Of a stretch of 64,000 nt of DNA, positions 37,305 to 47,395 are shown piece after piece. Both the position numbers and the translations under genes were made by a program. Position 1 is the first letter of the stretch, and every line of letters starts with the position of its first letter. Origin of the DNA: a virus (taxonomy: Duplodnaviria > Heunggongvirae > Uroviricota > Caudoviricetes). The notes under the pieces are model-generated. The model saw only the letters and a list, made by a program, of their open reading frames with translations. It was not told the origin of the DNA and ran no database searches. The stretch is taken from IMG/VR virus record IMGVR_UViG_2740892439_000009; one strand, given 5' to 3'.

Positions 37305-38333
37305 ATGTCTAAGACATTACTTGATTTGCTTAACAAAACTCGTGAAGACATTGCCGCCAAACGTGGCAACAACGTTGATCTGACTCGCTTAAAAGACGGC
37401 GTCAACTATATCCGCATCTTCCCGAATAAAGACGACCCAAACGGTAAGTTCTTCCAGACTTTCGGTATGCACTACGTTAAGTATCAGAACGAGGAAGGTA
37501 AAGAAGCAACCAACGCTTATATTTGTGAGCAACATACTCACGGTCGCGCTTGTCAGCTATGCGAAATGGTGATGGAAGGTCGCGCTCGTCACAAGGGTAA
37601 CAAAGCAATGGAAGAACGCATCGGTCAAATGCGTGCCACTCCTCGCTACCTGGTCAACGGCATTCTTTCTGCTCGTGAGGATTTCGCAGATGCTGAGAAA
37701 TGCCAGTTAATCGAGCTGCCGTCTACTGTATTCGATGATATCTGCAAAGCAATCACCGAAGACATCGCTGATGATATCGGCAATCCACTGAGCAAAGAGG
37801 AAGGCTACGCATTCCTGATTAAACGTACTGGCTCTGGTCGCGATACCAAATATGACGTCTCGCCTAAGCGTAAAGTCTACAAAGGCGATATCGAAGATAA
37901 ATTCTGGAACACCCAGCATGATCTGATCGCATACGCAAATCAGGCTGATGAAACTCGTCTTCTGTCGACAGTTCGCACTATGGGTCGTCTGATTGGCATC
38001 GCTGCACCAACTGCCGCAGCATCTGCACCAGCAATTTCCTCAACCGCGAAAACATCGGCTGCGGCACTACCTGGATTTGGCTCTGTCACTGGTCATACAG
38101 AAGGAGCGACGGCTGTAGCAACCGCGCACACACCGGCTTCTGAACCAACCAGTCTGGTTGATGAAGAAATCCTCCGTGCCGTTGAAACTGAATTTAAACC
38201 AGAGGCAAGTTCCGCTGCCGTTGCCGTATCAGTCAAAGAGTCTGAAGCAGTCGCAGCGACATCTGTAGCAACCGCATCTGCGACGGAAGATGAAGGTCTG
38301 GATGACCTACTGAGAGAACTGGACTCTCTGTAA
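37305..38333 (+). CDS. gp32-like single-stranded DNA-binding protein
   Basis: N-terminal IRIFPNKDDPNGKFF, Cys/His cluster CEQHTHGRACQLCE, acidic C-terminal tail DDLLRELDSL; layout as in T4 gp32. Confidence 0.7.
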   Translation: MSKTLLDLLNKTREDIAAKRGNNVDLTRLKDGVNYIRIFPNKDDPNGKFFQTFGMHYVKYQNEEGKEATNAYICEQHTHGRACQLCEMVMEGRARHKGNKAMEERIGQMRATPRYLVNGILSAREDFADAEKCQLIELPSTVFDDICKAITEDIADDIGNPLSKEEGYAFLIKRTGSGRDTKYDVSPKRKVYKGDIEDKFWNTQHDLIAYANQADETRLLSTVRTMGRLIGIAAPTAAASAPAISSTAKTSAAALPGFGSVTGHTEGATAVATAHTPASEPTSLVDEEILRAVETEFKPEASSAAVAVSVKESEAVAATSVATASATEDEGLDDLLRELDSL

Positions 38334-38350
38334 TCCCATTACGTGACCAG

Positions 38351-38378
38351 TAAGGCGTCTACGGACGCCTTACTTTTT
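38351..38378 (+). terminator. Rho-independent terminator
   Basis: GTAAGGCGTC..GACGCCTTAC hairpin followed by TTTTT. Confidence 0.6.
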
Positions 38379-38452
38379 GGAAGGAGTGTACCGGTGAATT
38401 ATCTCTTCGTAGATGGCAATAGCTGGGTTATTACCACCAACAATCTGACAAA

Positions 38453-39337
38453 TTGCACAACGGCGAAATGGAAGTACAGGCTGCTTTCGGCTTTGTTAAG
38501 AACGTCCGTCGTTATGCCTCCATCCTCCATGCCCGACCTATGATTCTTTGGGATGGATTTAGTGACAAGCGTCGCGACTTTTACCCGGACTACAAAGCAA
38601 ATCGCGACGACGATCCTGATATGAAAAAGATGAAGGAAGGCTTTGCTATCCAGAAGCCATACATCCTCAAAATGATGACCGCGCTTGGAGTTACCCAACT
38701 CATTGCAAAAGATGCAGAAGCGGATGATCTGGCCGGGCTGCTGGTATCCCGCATGGCACCGCAGCCAACCGTTGAACACATCTATCTGTTAACAGGCGAT
38801 AGCGACTGGCTTCAGTTAGTTCGCGAAAACGTAAGCTGGGTAAGCCTGCGCGAAGACGCCAAAAACAAGCAGGTTAATTTTGAGCAATTTGCGGAGCTGA
38901 CAGGATTCGCTACTCCTCGCGCATTTTTGGAAGCAAAAGCATTACAAGGCGATAAATCGGACAACATTAGCGGTGTTGGTGGCATTGGTGCTGGCGGTGC
39001 GAAAGAGCTGCTGCATGAATGGGGAAGTGTCGCAACGATGGTACGCGGCATCAACGACGGCTCAATCGTGGTTGACAAAGGACGCCATAAGACCGCCTTC
39101 AACAAACTAGCGAAGAATGCCTTCAACGAGAAAACAGGCTGTCGAATGCTCGAAGCGTTCAAGAGAAACATCACGCTAATGAACCTGATTGAGACGAAGT
39201 TTCCGCCTACCGAAATCGAAACAATCAAAGGCAATCGTGACGTGAAAGCATTCGAGCAACTGTGCTACGAGCTGAATTTCCGTTCGTTCCTTGAAGACCT
39301 TGAAGTGTTTGTTCTTCCATTCGAAAGGTATTGCTAA
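38453..39337 (+). CDS. 5'-3' exonuclease / flap endonuclease (FEN); N-terminal about 20 codons lie in another frame starting at GTG about 38394
   Basis: Matches the Pol I 5'-exonuclease domain pattern; the upstream frame encodes NYLFVDGNSW (FEN N-terminal motif) with AAGGAG SD. Confidence 0.8.
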   Translation: MHNGEMEVQAAFGFVKNVRRYASILHARPMILWDGFSDKRRDFYPDYKANRDDDPDMKKMKEGFAIQKPYILKMMTALGVTQLIAKDAEADDLAGLLVSRMAPQPTVEHIYLLTGDSDWLQLVRENVSWVSLREDAKNKQVNFEQFAELTGFATPRAFLEAKALQGDKSDNISGVGGIGAGGAKELLHEWGSVATMVRGINDGSIVVDKGRHKTAFNKLAKNAFNEKTGCRMLEAFKRNITLMNLIETKFPPTEIETIKGNRDVKAFEQLCYELNFRSFLEDLEVFVLPFERYC

Positions 39338-39603
39338 TGCTTAAATCGATTATTAATGGCGCTACAACCACCCCTACCCAACTGGCAAAAGAGATTGTCT
39401 TTTATCACGGTGAATACGCTGTCATCGCACTGCCGTCAATTCTGGGCGCTGCCGGAATGAAAGCGACAGATCGCGAGTTTGGATTAGTCAGCGAGCAGGT
39501 CGTAAAAATCCTCGCTCGTGTATCCAGACTCCTTAATCACGATGCGATTGTATTCGACGAATCCGCCGCTTTAAAACGAATCAACGAAACAAAAGGAGCC
39601 TGA
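39331..39603 (+). CDS. Hypothetical protein
   Basis: 90-aa ORF overlapping the FEN stop. Confidence 0.45.
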   Translation: MLMLKSIINGATTTPTQLAKEIVFYHGEYAVIALPSILGAAGMKATDREFGLVSEQVVKILARVSRLLNHDAIVFDESAALKRINETKGA

Positions 39604-39605
39604 TC

Positions 39606-40679
39606 ATGGCAAAAGGAAAATCCGCACTGGCACTTGCTCTGAAAAAGAAAATCGGTAGCAACGACGAAATTCAGAAAGTAACTCATTGGATTGACACAGG
39701 CTTTCCTCCGTTAAACAAAGCTATTTCTGGTCGTTACGATGGCGGCTTCCCATGTGGTCGTATCGTCGAAGTATTCGGTCCTCCAAGCGCGGGGAAAACG
39801 TTCCTTGCAACAGCAGCGATGATCTCCGCTCAAAAACAAGATGGTCTGGCGGTATTCCTCGATCATGAAAACAGTTTTGACGTTGGCCTGGCTGTAGCCA
39901 ATGGCCTGAACGCAGATGAGGATGACGGTCAGTGGGTATACAAGCAGCCAGATACCTTCGAAGACTCTGTAGAGTTGATCGGCACAATACTTAAATTGGT
40001 TCGTGATGAAGAGCTTATCCCCGAATCAGCACCTATCTGTATCGTGGCTGACTCTCTTGCGTCTATGGTTCCGAACTCCAAAGCCGAGAAGTTCGAAAAG
40101 ATGGCTGAAGGCACTGCCAAAGACAAAGATCAGCTAAACATGAACGACAATACGGCACTGGCTCGTGCGACGAGTGCGAACTTCCCTACTCTGGCTTTGT
40201 GGGCACGCAAATACAACGCCTGCATCATCTTCTTGAATCAGGTTCGCACAAAAATCGGTGTAATGTTTGGCGACCCTACTACGTCGCCAGGTGGAGATTC
40301 ACCGAAGTTCTACGCTTCTGTACGTATCCGTCTTGGTGCATCGGTGATGAAGGATGGTAAAGAGAAGATCGGCCAGGACGTAGGCGCAGAATGCATCAAA
40401 AACAAAGTTGCACCACCGTATGGCAAATGCACCTGGAAATTCTACTTCGATCCTACTCGTGGCCTCGACGTTATCGAATCGCTCGTCGAGTACATGCTGG
40501 AAGAAGGATACCTGCCAAAGAACGCCAGCGGGCGAGTTGAAATTGGTGACAAGAAATACACAAAATCGCAGATCGTCGAGATGTATCGGGAGAAGCCACT
40601 GGCTGAAATCATTGCGGCTTTGCAGGCAATCGACGACCGAAGAGCAAAAGACAACCCCACCGAGTCAGTAGAAGAGTAA
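39606..40679 (+). CDS. RecA/UvsX-like recombinase
   Basis: Walker A GPPSAGKT, RecA-like FLNQVR loop region; AAGGAG SD. Confidence 0.85.
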   Translation: MAKGKSALALALKKKIGSNDEIQKVTHWIDTGFPPLNKAISGRYDGGFPCGRIVEVFGPPSAGKTFLATAAMISAQKQDGLAVFLDHENSFDVGLAVANGLNADEDDGQWVYKQPDTFEDSVELIGTILKLVRDEELIPESAPICIVADSLASMVPNSKAEKFEKMAEGTAKDKDQLNMNDNTALARATSANFPTLALWARKYNACIIFLNQVRTKIGVMFGDPTTSPGGDSPKFYASVRIRLGASVMKDGKEKIGQDVGAECIKNKVAPPYGKCTWKFYFDPTRGLDVIESLVEYMLEEGYLPKNASGRVEIGDKKYTKSQIVEMYREKPLAEIIAALQAIDDRRAKDNPTESVEE

Positions 40680-40684
40680 ACACA

Positions 40685-40711
40685 AGGCGTCCACATGACG
40701 CCTTTTTTATC
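40685..40711 (+). terminator. Rho-independent terminator
   Basis: AGGCGTC..GACGCCT hairpin followed by TTTTTTAT. Confidence 0.6.
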
Positions 40712-40771
40712 TCTTGAAAATACATAAGTACTTACTTATTATTTTCGCATAACAACCACATAGGAAAACAC

Positions 40772-40972
40772 ATGATCAAAATCTATCTATTGGCAGTAGC
40801 CACAGGCCTTTCAGTGGCTCTCATCTACGGTTTACTGGTTCCATCGCTGATTTCTACCAAGAGTGATTTAGCCGTCATGTTTGGAGTTGTCGTTGGTTTT
40901 GGCGCTCCAGTAATCGGTCTTATTGGTGGTCGTAAGTTTATTAACTCATTAATCAAAGCAAAGGGGAAATAA
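40772..40972 (+). CDS. Small membrane protein
   Basis: Two hydrophobic segments; conserved start context. Confidence 0.45.
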   Translation: MIKIYLLAVATGLSVALIYGLLVPSLISTKSDLAVMFGVVVGFGAPVIGLIGGRKFINSLIKAKGK

Positions 40973-40975
40973 GTA

Positions 40976-41074
40976 ATGAAGAAAGGTTTACTTGCAGTTG
41001 CTCTGGCGGCTATTTGCACAATGGGTCTTACTGGCTGTGATCGCGTGGAGCTGGATACGTTGGCATCAAAGTAA
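40976..41074 (+). CDS. Lipoprotein signal-peptide segment, probably the true N-terminus of the SPFH protein
   Basis: MKKGLLAVALAAICTMGLTGC lipobox; the SPFH frame opens immediately downstream in the -1 frame. Confidence 0.4.
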   Translation: MKKGLLAVALAAICTMGLTGCDRVELDTLASK

Positions 41075-41106
41075 ACAAATTAGGTGAAGACAAAGGGATT
41101 GGTGAA

Positions 41107-41805
41107 GTGGTTGGCGTTGGTCGCCAATGGACAGGTCTTAACACCGAACTTTACGTATTCCCAACCTTCAAACAAATGAAGACCTACGACGAGCCGTTCA
41201 CATTCCAGATGAGTGACGGTACTGCTATTGGTCACAAAATTGGCGTTGCGTATCTGGTTAATCGTGACAAGGTAACGACGGTGTTCCAGACCTATCGCAA
41301 AGGCGTAGACGATATCACCGAATCAGATCTGCGTCAGAAAATTGCCGACTCTCTAAACCGTTTGGCCAGCCGTATGACCACTGATTCATTTATCGACGGT
41401 GGTAAGGCGCAATTGCTGGACAACGCACTTAAAGATATTCAGAAAGAGATGTCTCCGGTTGGTATTGAGGTACTGAGCCTGTCATGGGTTGGAAAACCTG
41501 ATTACCCAAAAACCGTCATTGAATCTATCAACGCCAAAGTAACGGCTAACCAGCGTACTCTGCAACGTCAGCAGGAAGTTGAACAGCGTAAAGCTGAGGC
41601 GAATATGCTACGTGAACAGGCTAATGGTGAAGCTGATGCTATCCGTGCTCGTGCGCAAGCAGAAGCAGACGCCATTCGTCTGCGCGGTGAAGCTCTGCGT
41701 CAAAACCCGAACGTTATGGAGCTGGAAGCCATCAATAAATGGAATGGCCAGTTACCGCAGTACATGACTCAAGGGGCTAACACTCCTTTCATTACAGTGA
41801 AATAA
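41107..41805 (+). CDS. SPFH/band-7 (stomatin/prohibitin-like) domain protein
   Basis: In-frame upstream GYVGIKVNKLGEDKGIGEVVGVGRQW is the canonical SPFH N-terminus; coiled-coil C-terminus. Confidence 0.7.
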   Translation: MVGVGRQWTGLNTELYVFPTFKQMKTYDEPFTFQMSDGTAIGHKIGVAYLVNRDKVTTVFQTYRKGVDDITESDLRQKIADSLNRLASRMTTDSFIDGGKAQLLDNALKDIQKEMSPVGIEVLSLSWVGKPDYPKTVIESINAKVTANQRTLQRQQEVEQRKAEANMLREQANGEADAIRARAQAEADAIRLRGEALRQNPNVMELEAINKWNGQLPQYMTQGANTPFITVK

Positions 41806-41821
41806 CTCCCCTTAAAAGTTC

Positions 41822-41848
41822 AGGCGTCCAGTTGGACGCCTTTTTTAT
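41822..41848 (+). terminator. Rho-independent terminator
   Basis: AGGCGTCC..GGACGCCT hairpin followed by TTTTTTAT. Confidence 0.6.
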
Positions 41849-41896
41849 CGCAATTATCTTATTAAGAAAACAATTTGTTTAAAGGGTCAAGAAAAT

Positions 41897-42322
41897 ATGA
41901 CAGCTATTAAGAAACTCTACGATGCTGCAAACGCGGCTCTGGATGTTATTGATGATGAAGTATCAAAAGGCTTTCCTGAACCTGATTGGGCGCATCAGCT
42001 ACGAAACGCTATCGCCGAAATGAATCCACCAGATCCAACCCCCGACGAGACAGACTGGCAGCGATTCATCCGTATGTACGCTCAGGAAATAGGTCCAACG
42101 CCAACGGCAGAGCAGGCAATGCTGCTGAAATACTTCAAAGAGGCGGGAGAGGATTTACCAATTGATGACTCAGCATATTGGTTCCACTGCGCATGGCGTA
42201 AGTATGACGTGATATTCACACAAGGCATGGGAAGCAAAGATATGGTTGTGTGGCATCTACTCCATATAGACACAGCCGTTGACAGAGTTATTGAACAGTT
42301 TTTACCTAAACAAGAAGATTGA
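41897..42322 (+). CDS. Hypothetical protein
   Basis: 141-aa ORF preceded by a TTGTTTAAA motif. Confidence 0.5.
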   Translation: MTAIKKLYDAANAALDVIDDEVSKGFPEPDWAHQLRNAIAEMNPPDPTPDETDWQRFIRMYAQEIGPTPTAEQAMLLKYFKEAGEDLPIDDSAYWFHCAWRKYDVIFTQGMGSKDMVVWHLLHIDTAVDRVIEQFLPKQED

Positions 42323-42377
42323 TCGCCTATTCATAACTAACAAAATAAGTAAACACTAACCACAAAAGGAAAAACAC

Positions 42378-42653
42378 ATGAGAGTTTTAGTTCGAATCGT
42401 TACCAGCACTGTCTATGACGTGTTTCCGCTTTTTATGGTCAAAGCCGATGGCCTTAACGACGAAGAAACTGACGCGCTGATCCAGCGTATTCTCGTTGAA
42501 TATACAGGTCATGACGCTGATTCAGTGATGGTTGATGATGATGGTGTTTGTTGGCATAACGGCAACTGTTGGTACGTAGAAGAGACTCAACAAATCAGTG
42601 ATGAAGATGCCGCACATCTTGAGCGTATTTTAAGCATCAGCACTTTTGAGTGA
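42378..42653 (+). CDS. Hypothetical protein
   Basis: Conserved start context AAAGGAAAAACACATG. Confidence 0.5.
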   Translation: MRVLVRIVTSTVYDVFPLFMVKADGLNDEETDALIQRILVEYTGHDADSVMVDDDGVCWHNGNCWYVEETQQISDEDAAHLERILSISTFE

Positions 42654-42692
42654 GTTTACAGTAAAATTTATATAAGTTAGTATCTACCTATC

Positions 42693-42872
42693 ATGAAGAT
42701 TTTTATTGAATACTTGTTACTCATCGTTTCAATAGCTTTTGTCATCGACTGCATTTTCACTGGTGTCATTCGTAAAGTCTTTTCCCCGGTGAACGACGTA
42801 GTCATAAACGCTTTGGCTATCGTGCTCGTATTTAATTCAGCATTTGATGTAATCAAAGAGGTGGCAGCATGA
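42693..42872 (+). CDS. Small membrane protein
   Basis: 59-aa ORF with two hydrophobic segments. Confidence 0.35.
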   Translation: MKIFIEYLLLIVSIAFVIDCIFTGVIRKVFSPVNDVVINALAIVLVFNSAFDVIKEVAA

Positions 42873-43204
42873 AGGCCATCCCATTCGCGCTGTTGTTCCT
42901 TTCTTCGATCGTTGTGGCCGACACCACTGTTTATCAGTGTGAAATGTCTGTAGCCGACGTTAAGAATGGCGCTCTTACCGACGTCATAAAAGCACCATAT
43001 GGAGCGATGGTCGTAGACAGCGGCGACCAGTTCTATGTTGTGCGTGACGATCGAGTATTGTCATCCCCATATCTCACAAACCGTAATGGCAAATTAACCG
43101 GCGTCGGAGAAGACCACTTCGTATACAATAAATACAAGGGCTTCTATGGCGTTCACGCTTCTCAGCAAAGCTACCTTTTCGATGACTGCAAGGAGGTTGG
43201 ATAA
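42869..43204 (+). CDS. Secreted/periplasmic protein, hypothetical
   Basis: N-terminal signal peptide MKAIPFALLFLSSIVVA. Confidence 0.5.
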   Translation: MKAIPFALLFLSSIVVADTTVYQCEMSVADVKNGALTDVIKAPYGAMVVDSGDQFYVVRDDRVLSSPYLTNRNGKLTGVGEDHFVYNKYKGFYGVHASQQSYLFDDCKEVG

Positions 43205-43461
43205 TGGCATTAACACTGGCAGGTCTGGAAATCGAGAAAACAAGCGGCTACTGGCGTGCTAAGGGTTTCAAGCAGCCTGGCATTCTTGAGCGTCTGGAAC
43301 GTGAAGATGGGTATATCGTCCACCAGCGGCGTGAATGGCGTATGTACGATCCAGAAACAGGAAACTGACTACAAAAGCCGGAACACTTTGGGGTCTGTTA
43401 AAGAAAATACACTAAATGCAAACTGACTGCGGCACGTTCCGCAGTCATATTTCATAGTCGT

Positions 43462-43996
43462 CACCGCTGACAGCATACACAATCAACTACCGCTGATAGC
43501 ATATCGAGAGTCTATCTCACCGCTCACAGCATACTTTACTCGATTTTTTACCGCTGACAGCATACTTAAGACATTGCATGAATAATGTGTACCGGTATGG
43601 GTATAACCAGAACAAAATTACCGCTGGCAGCATACGAAGGTCTGACATATGCCATTAATTACCGCTGATAGCATATCCAAACAAAAATTCCTCAATAAAA
43701 CACCGCTGACAGCATACATTCTATCAGAGAGTAGCAGGCAATAAATGCCTTTCACTACAAGCAATCAGCGCAATAGCAATAGAATGTTAGTGAGCGCAAA
43801 CCTATATGGAATGCACTCTTCGAGGTTAGTAACCACTGGGGAGGTATGACAGAGCATTGAGTGGTGATAGATGATTTACCGCTCACAGCATACGTTCATC
43901 TCACTATACCGCTGGTAGCATATCTTTAACCGTTCACAGCATACTTTTCAGAAAAATAGCCGCTGATAGCATACATTTCACCGCTGACAGCATATC
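43462..43996. repeat. Iteron array downstream of repA (incA-like): about 12 copies of ACCGCTGACAGCATAC
   Basis: Direct repeats with variants (CTGATAGCATAT, CTCACAGCATAC, CTGGCAGCATAC) at irregular 20-45 bp spacing, interrupted by a 150-bp repeat-free gap. Confidence 0.85.
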
Positions 43997-45089
43997 AAAG
44001 CAGTTTGAGACTATTGGAAAGGATCTCAATCATCTTGATATTTTCAGGCGTCAAATTCTGCGAAAGTTCAGTTATCTTGTTGATAATGTTCTGTTTGGCA
44101 TCAATTTCCCCGGCTTTCTCATCTGGTTTTTTGGGTTCGATGTCTTCAGGTTTTGGCGGTGCGACTTTGAGTTTTGGATTGCGGCTGTGAATCTGGATAT
44201 AGATCGACCGCCCACGCTTAATCTCGCTGTATTCGAGATAGCCCAAATCTTGGAGAGCTTTTAAGCCGTTACGTATAGTCTGATTCTGCGAGCTGACATT
44301 CCTGCTACTCAAATTGAGTCGCGCACGCAATCGAGCAAGCGATACCGGCGCAGGCTTGGTTGGAAGACTTTCGATGAAGGTGTACAGAGCCTGTGCTGTT
44401 TCTTTGCGTGGTAGCTTATTGATAACCTTTAACTGCAAAAGAACCTTATGGTCAAAGCGATATAGTTCGGCCAGCTTCGGTTCTGCATAGAACACCACCG
44501 TATCTTTCTGCTCGTTGTAGTCCACGCTATTGATGAGGTGCACCATCAGAAGCGAGATCTTGTTAGAGCCGTCGACGTTCTTTTCTTCATACGTTCTCTG
44601 GAAAGACAGAGTTGTACGCATGATCTTCAAAAGACTGTTTGTAAGCCGGTCGCGGAGTGTTTTGCGGATCTGTGACGATGGATAGCCACAAAACTTCGCA
44701 AATTTCGTGATGCTTAACTCGACACGACCATTAGGTTCGCCGTATTCTGCCAGCGAACGCACAACGCCCACCCACGTTTTGAAATCATGATCCATGTCCA
44801 GGCGAGGACCGGTTATCTTGATATCGGAATAGCCTTCAGAACGGGCTACTTCGAGCTGGACAAGCTCCTTTGAAGCATCGATCTCATTTGGCTTGTTACG
44901 TTTACTGTATTTTGTTCCCTTAAGCGTGGGGACGAACAACCCCAGTCGCATCAACGCAATTGGTTGGACTGTATTGTTGCTATTAGGGACAAGTTCCCCT
45001 GTGTACAATTCAAGGGAACCTTCTTCAAAGTTGTCGATGTTATCTTCTACTTCTTTGTTATTTTTACCTTTTTTATTTTTTGTGGACAT
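43995..45089 (-). CDS. repA: Iteron-binding replication initiator RepA (P1/RepFIB family)
   Basis: NSNNTVQPIALMRLGLFVP, GYSDIKITGPRLDMDHDFKTW and IHSRNPKLK match the P1 RepA pattern as recalled; flanked by iterons on both sides. Start placed at the internal ATG because the longer ORF would run across the origin iterons. Confidence 0.85.
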   Translation of the reverse strand: MSTKNKKGKNNKEVEDNIDNFEEGSLELYTGELVPNSNNTVQPIALMRLGLFVPTLKGTKYSKRNKPNEIDASKELVQLEVARSEGYSDIKITGPRLDMDHDFKTWVGVVRSLAEYGEPNGRVELSITKFAKFCGYPSSQIRKTLRDRLTNSLLKIMRTTLSFQRTYEEKNVDGSNKISLLMVHLINSVDYNEQKDTVVFYAEPKLAELYRFDHKVLLQLKVINKLPRKETAQALYTFIESLPTKPAPVSLARLRARLNLSSRNVSSQNQTIRNGLKALQDLGYLEYSEIKRGRSIYIQIHSRNPKLKVAPPKPEDIEPKKPDEKAGEIDAKQNIINKITELSQNLTPENIKMIEILSNSLKLL

Positions 45090-45109
45090 GTGGACACCTT
45101 TGTCATTCA

Positions 45110-45211
45110 ACCGCTGACAGCATACTTGATTTGCCGCTGACAGAATACCAAAAACAGTTGGCAGCATACGGTGAACCGCTGACAGACTATCAATTACCGC
45201 TGACAGCATAC
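45110..45211. repeat. Origin iterons upstream of repA (incC-like): 4-5 copies of ACCGCTGACAGCATAC
   Basis: Same 16-bp repeat family as the downstream array. Confidence 0.8.
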
Positions 45212-45249
45212 ATGAACATGGCTTCAGACCAGTCGTGGCGCGGCTTACA

Positions 45250-45325
45250 GCGATCGGGGATCTTATTTGATCTATACAAGGATCTATCTATGGATCTCTT
45301 TATTAGGATCTATCCTGTGGATATG
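45250..45325. other. Origin-associated region: six GATC sites within about 60 bp plus a DnaA-box-like TGTGGATAT
   Basis: GATC at about 45252, 45259, 45269, 45281, 45293 and 45307; layout resembles the P1 oriR arrangement. Confidence 0.6.
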
Positions 45326-45410
45326 TGAATAATTAAAACAGGCATTTACTACCTTCGGCGCACCTGGTGGGTTATCGTTGCCTCGGCTAACAATCACAGA
45401 AAAATGACAT

Positions 45411-46055
45411 ATGGATCTAAAACGCACGCGCTGGGTTCGTCGTCTTGAAGACGGCTCCTACACTATCGAATCAAATTCCAACCTGAATAAGCAGAAGTTG
45501 CTTTGTGACATCTGCGGTATAGCGGCGAAGTGCCCGATCTACGAAACCAGAATTAAACTTGATAAGGCTGGTGTGAATTTTCATTTAAACAGTTGCATCA
45601 GGTACGTTCCATTACTCGCATTTCGTAAACCGATCATCGGATTGGATGCTCCCTACTTCAACACACTCCGTTCAGGTGTGACGTGGCGAGATCGTTTATC
45701 ACCAGACAAGCTGATTTGCCTTGTATCCGCAGACACAGGGAAAATCATCCGTTTTGGGAAAGTAGACAAGGTTTACTCAGGTCCAGTAGACGAAATGTTA
45801 CGGAAACACAGCCGGTTTAATCATCTCTGTATGGGTGGTGAGAAAATCGAAAAGGTGGAAGAAGTGATCCGCAAATCCTACGGACACTTCCTGACCAAAG
45901 ATAGCCTGCTCACCGCAATCTACATCAGACATGTAAAACGTGAGTTCGACCTCGAATACCACAGTGAAGAAGAGCTTAACCTTGTTGACCCACGTCCAAA
46001 AGCTGGCGTCATAAGCATAAACGCAGCGCGTAAAAAGCCCACTGACGCGCTGTAA
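45411..46055 (+). CDS. Hypothetical protein
   Basis: 214-aa ORF next to the origin. Confidence 0.5.
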   Translation: MDLKRTRWVRRLEDGSYTIESNSNLNKQKLLCDICGIAAKCPIYETRIKLDKAGVNFHLNSCIRYVPLLAFRKPIIGLDAPYFNTLRSGVTWRDRLSPDKLICLVSADTGKIIRFGKVDKVYSGPVDEMLRKHSRFNHLCMGGEKIEKVEEVIRKSYGHFLTKDSLLTAIYIRHVKREFDLEYHSEEELNLVDPRPKAGVISINAARKKPTDAL

Positions 46056-46309
46056 CCCTCCAGATCGCATATTGGCGTAGATAAAATCTACGCCTCCTCA
46101 AAATAGCTCTCATAGCGTTCTACAGTGATCCTGTCTTATTTTTAGTCATACAGACAAGCAAAGTTGCACCACAACAAATAGGTATATACTTACTTATAAA
46201 TTTTGTATATTAAGTCGCTCGTTTCATTCCTAACATACCGTTATGCATAGTTGTTTACCTTCTCATTGCTCTTAGAATTTGTATCAAAATAACCACAAAG
46301 GAAAAACAC

Positions 46310-47395
46310 ATGACTTTGCCATACGGCGTCATTTCTGACTGCCACTACCACAAATGGGATGCGTTCTCCACGACGAACGCTGAGGGGCTTAACTCCAGAC
46401 TTGAAATACAGTTGGAAGCAACGAAAGAAGCAGCCATCGCCATGAAGAAGGCCGGTTGTAAGTACATGTTGGTTGCCGGTGATACATTTCACGTCCGAGG
46501 AACTGTGTCCCCTTCTGTTTTGCATTACGTAACTGAAACGTACAAGTGGATTATCAACGAGCTTGATCTGACAGTAGTAATGCTGGCCGGTAATCACGAT
46601 CTTGAAACCAACGATTCAGTATATAGCGCCAACGCAGCAGCATCGCTGAGTTCTATCGGCGTGGTAATCGTATGTGGTAAGCGCCCACACTCAATAAAAA
46701 TTGGTGATGTGACTGTCCACCTGATTAGCTGGCGTAACAATCATGCGGAGCTTATCAGCGATCTGAAAACATTACGTAAGAGCGTAGAAGGTGATAATCA
46801 TGACGTTGTTATCCATACATCCATTAACAAAGCCATTCCAACAATGCCTGACGTCGGTATCGATGCGCAGGAGTTAAAGGATATCGGCTTTCGTCTCGTG
46901 CTTAGTGGGCATTACCACAACCACAAAGAGGTCATTCCTGGAGTTATCAGTGTCGGTGCACTGACTCATCAAAATTGGGGAGATGTTGGATCTCTGGCTG
47001 GCTACATGATCGTAAACCCGGACGGCAGTTTCAGTCACTACGAAACCAGTGCGCCTAAATTCATTAACCTGGAAGATGATGTTGCTGATGACCAAATTCG
47101 CGGCAACTACGTGCGTTTCCGCGCCGTAATTGAGAACGATGAAGAAGGCATTAAGTACCAGAACATCCTCAAAACAATGGGTGCAAAAGGTGTCGTGTGC
47201 AACTTCATCCGTAAGTCATCAATGATGGAAGGGACAGCCAGCACAACTGAAACCAGCAAAATCGATAGCCTGGGAGAGTCGGTATCTGCTTATTGCAAGA
47301 TTGTCCACGATACTGACGGCGGATTTGATCTGAGCAAATTGGATATTTTGTGTCAGGAAATCCTCACCGAAGCGGAGAGTTCGGAGGCTGTGTGA
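46310..47395 (+). CDS. SbcD/Mre11-like nuclease (T4 gp47-like)
   Basis: Metallophosphoesterase motifs SDCHY, GDTFH, GNHD, GHYH; conserved start context. Confidence 0.8.
   Translation: MTLPYGVISDCHYHKWDAFSTTNAEGLNSRLEIQLEATKEAAIAMKKAGCKYMLVAGDTFHVRGTVSPSVLHYVTETYKWIINELDLTVVMLAGNHDLETNDSVYSANAAASLSSIGVVIVCGKRPHSIKIGDVTVHLISWRNNHAELISDLKTLRKSVEGDNHDVVIHTSINKAIPTMPDVGIDAQELKDIGFRLVLSGHYHNHKEVIPGVISVGALTHQNWGDVGSLAGYMIVNPDGSFSHYETSAPKFINLEDDVADDQIRGNYVRFRAVIENDEEGIKYQNILKTMGAKGVVCNFIRKSSMMEGTASTTETSKIDSLGESVSAYCKIVHDTDGGFDLSKLDILCQEILTEAESSEAV

Noticed and set aside
43462-43996. Possible CRISPR array (short direct repeats with intervening sequence).
   Set aside because: Repeats are 16 bp, degenerate and irregularly spaced (20-150 bp), and flank a RepA-type initiator; this is an iteron array, not a CRISPR.
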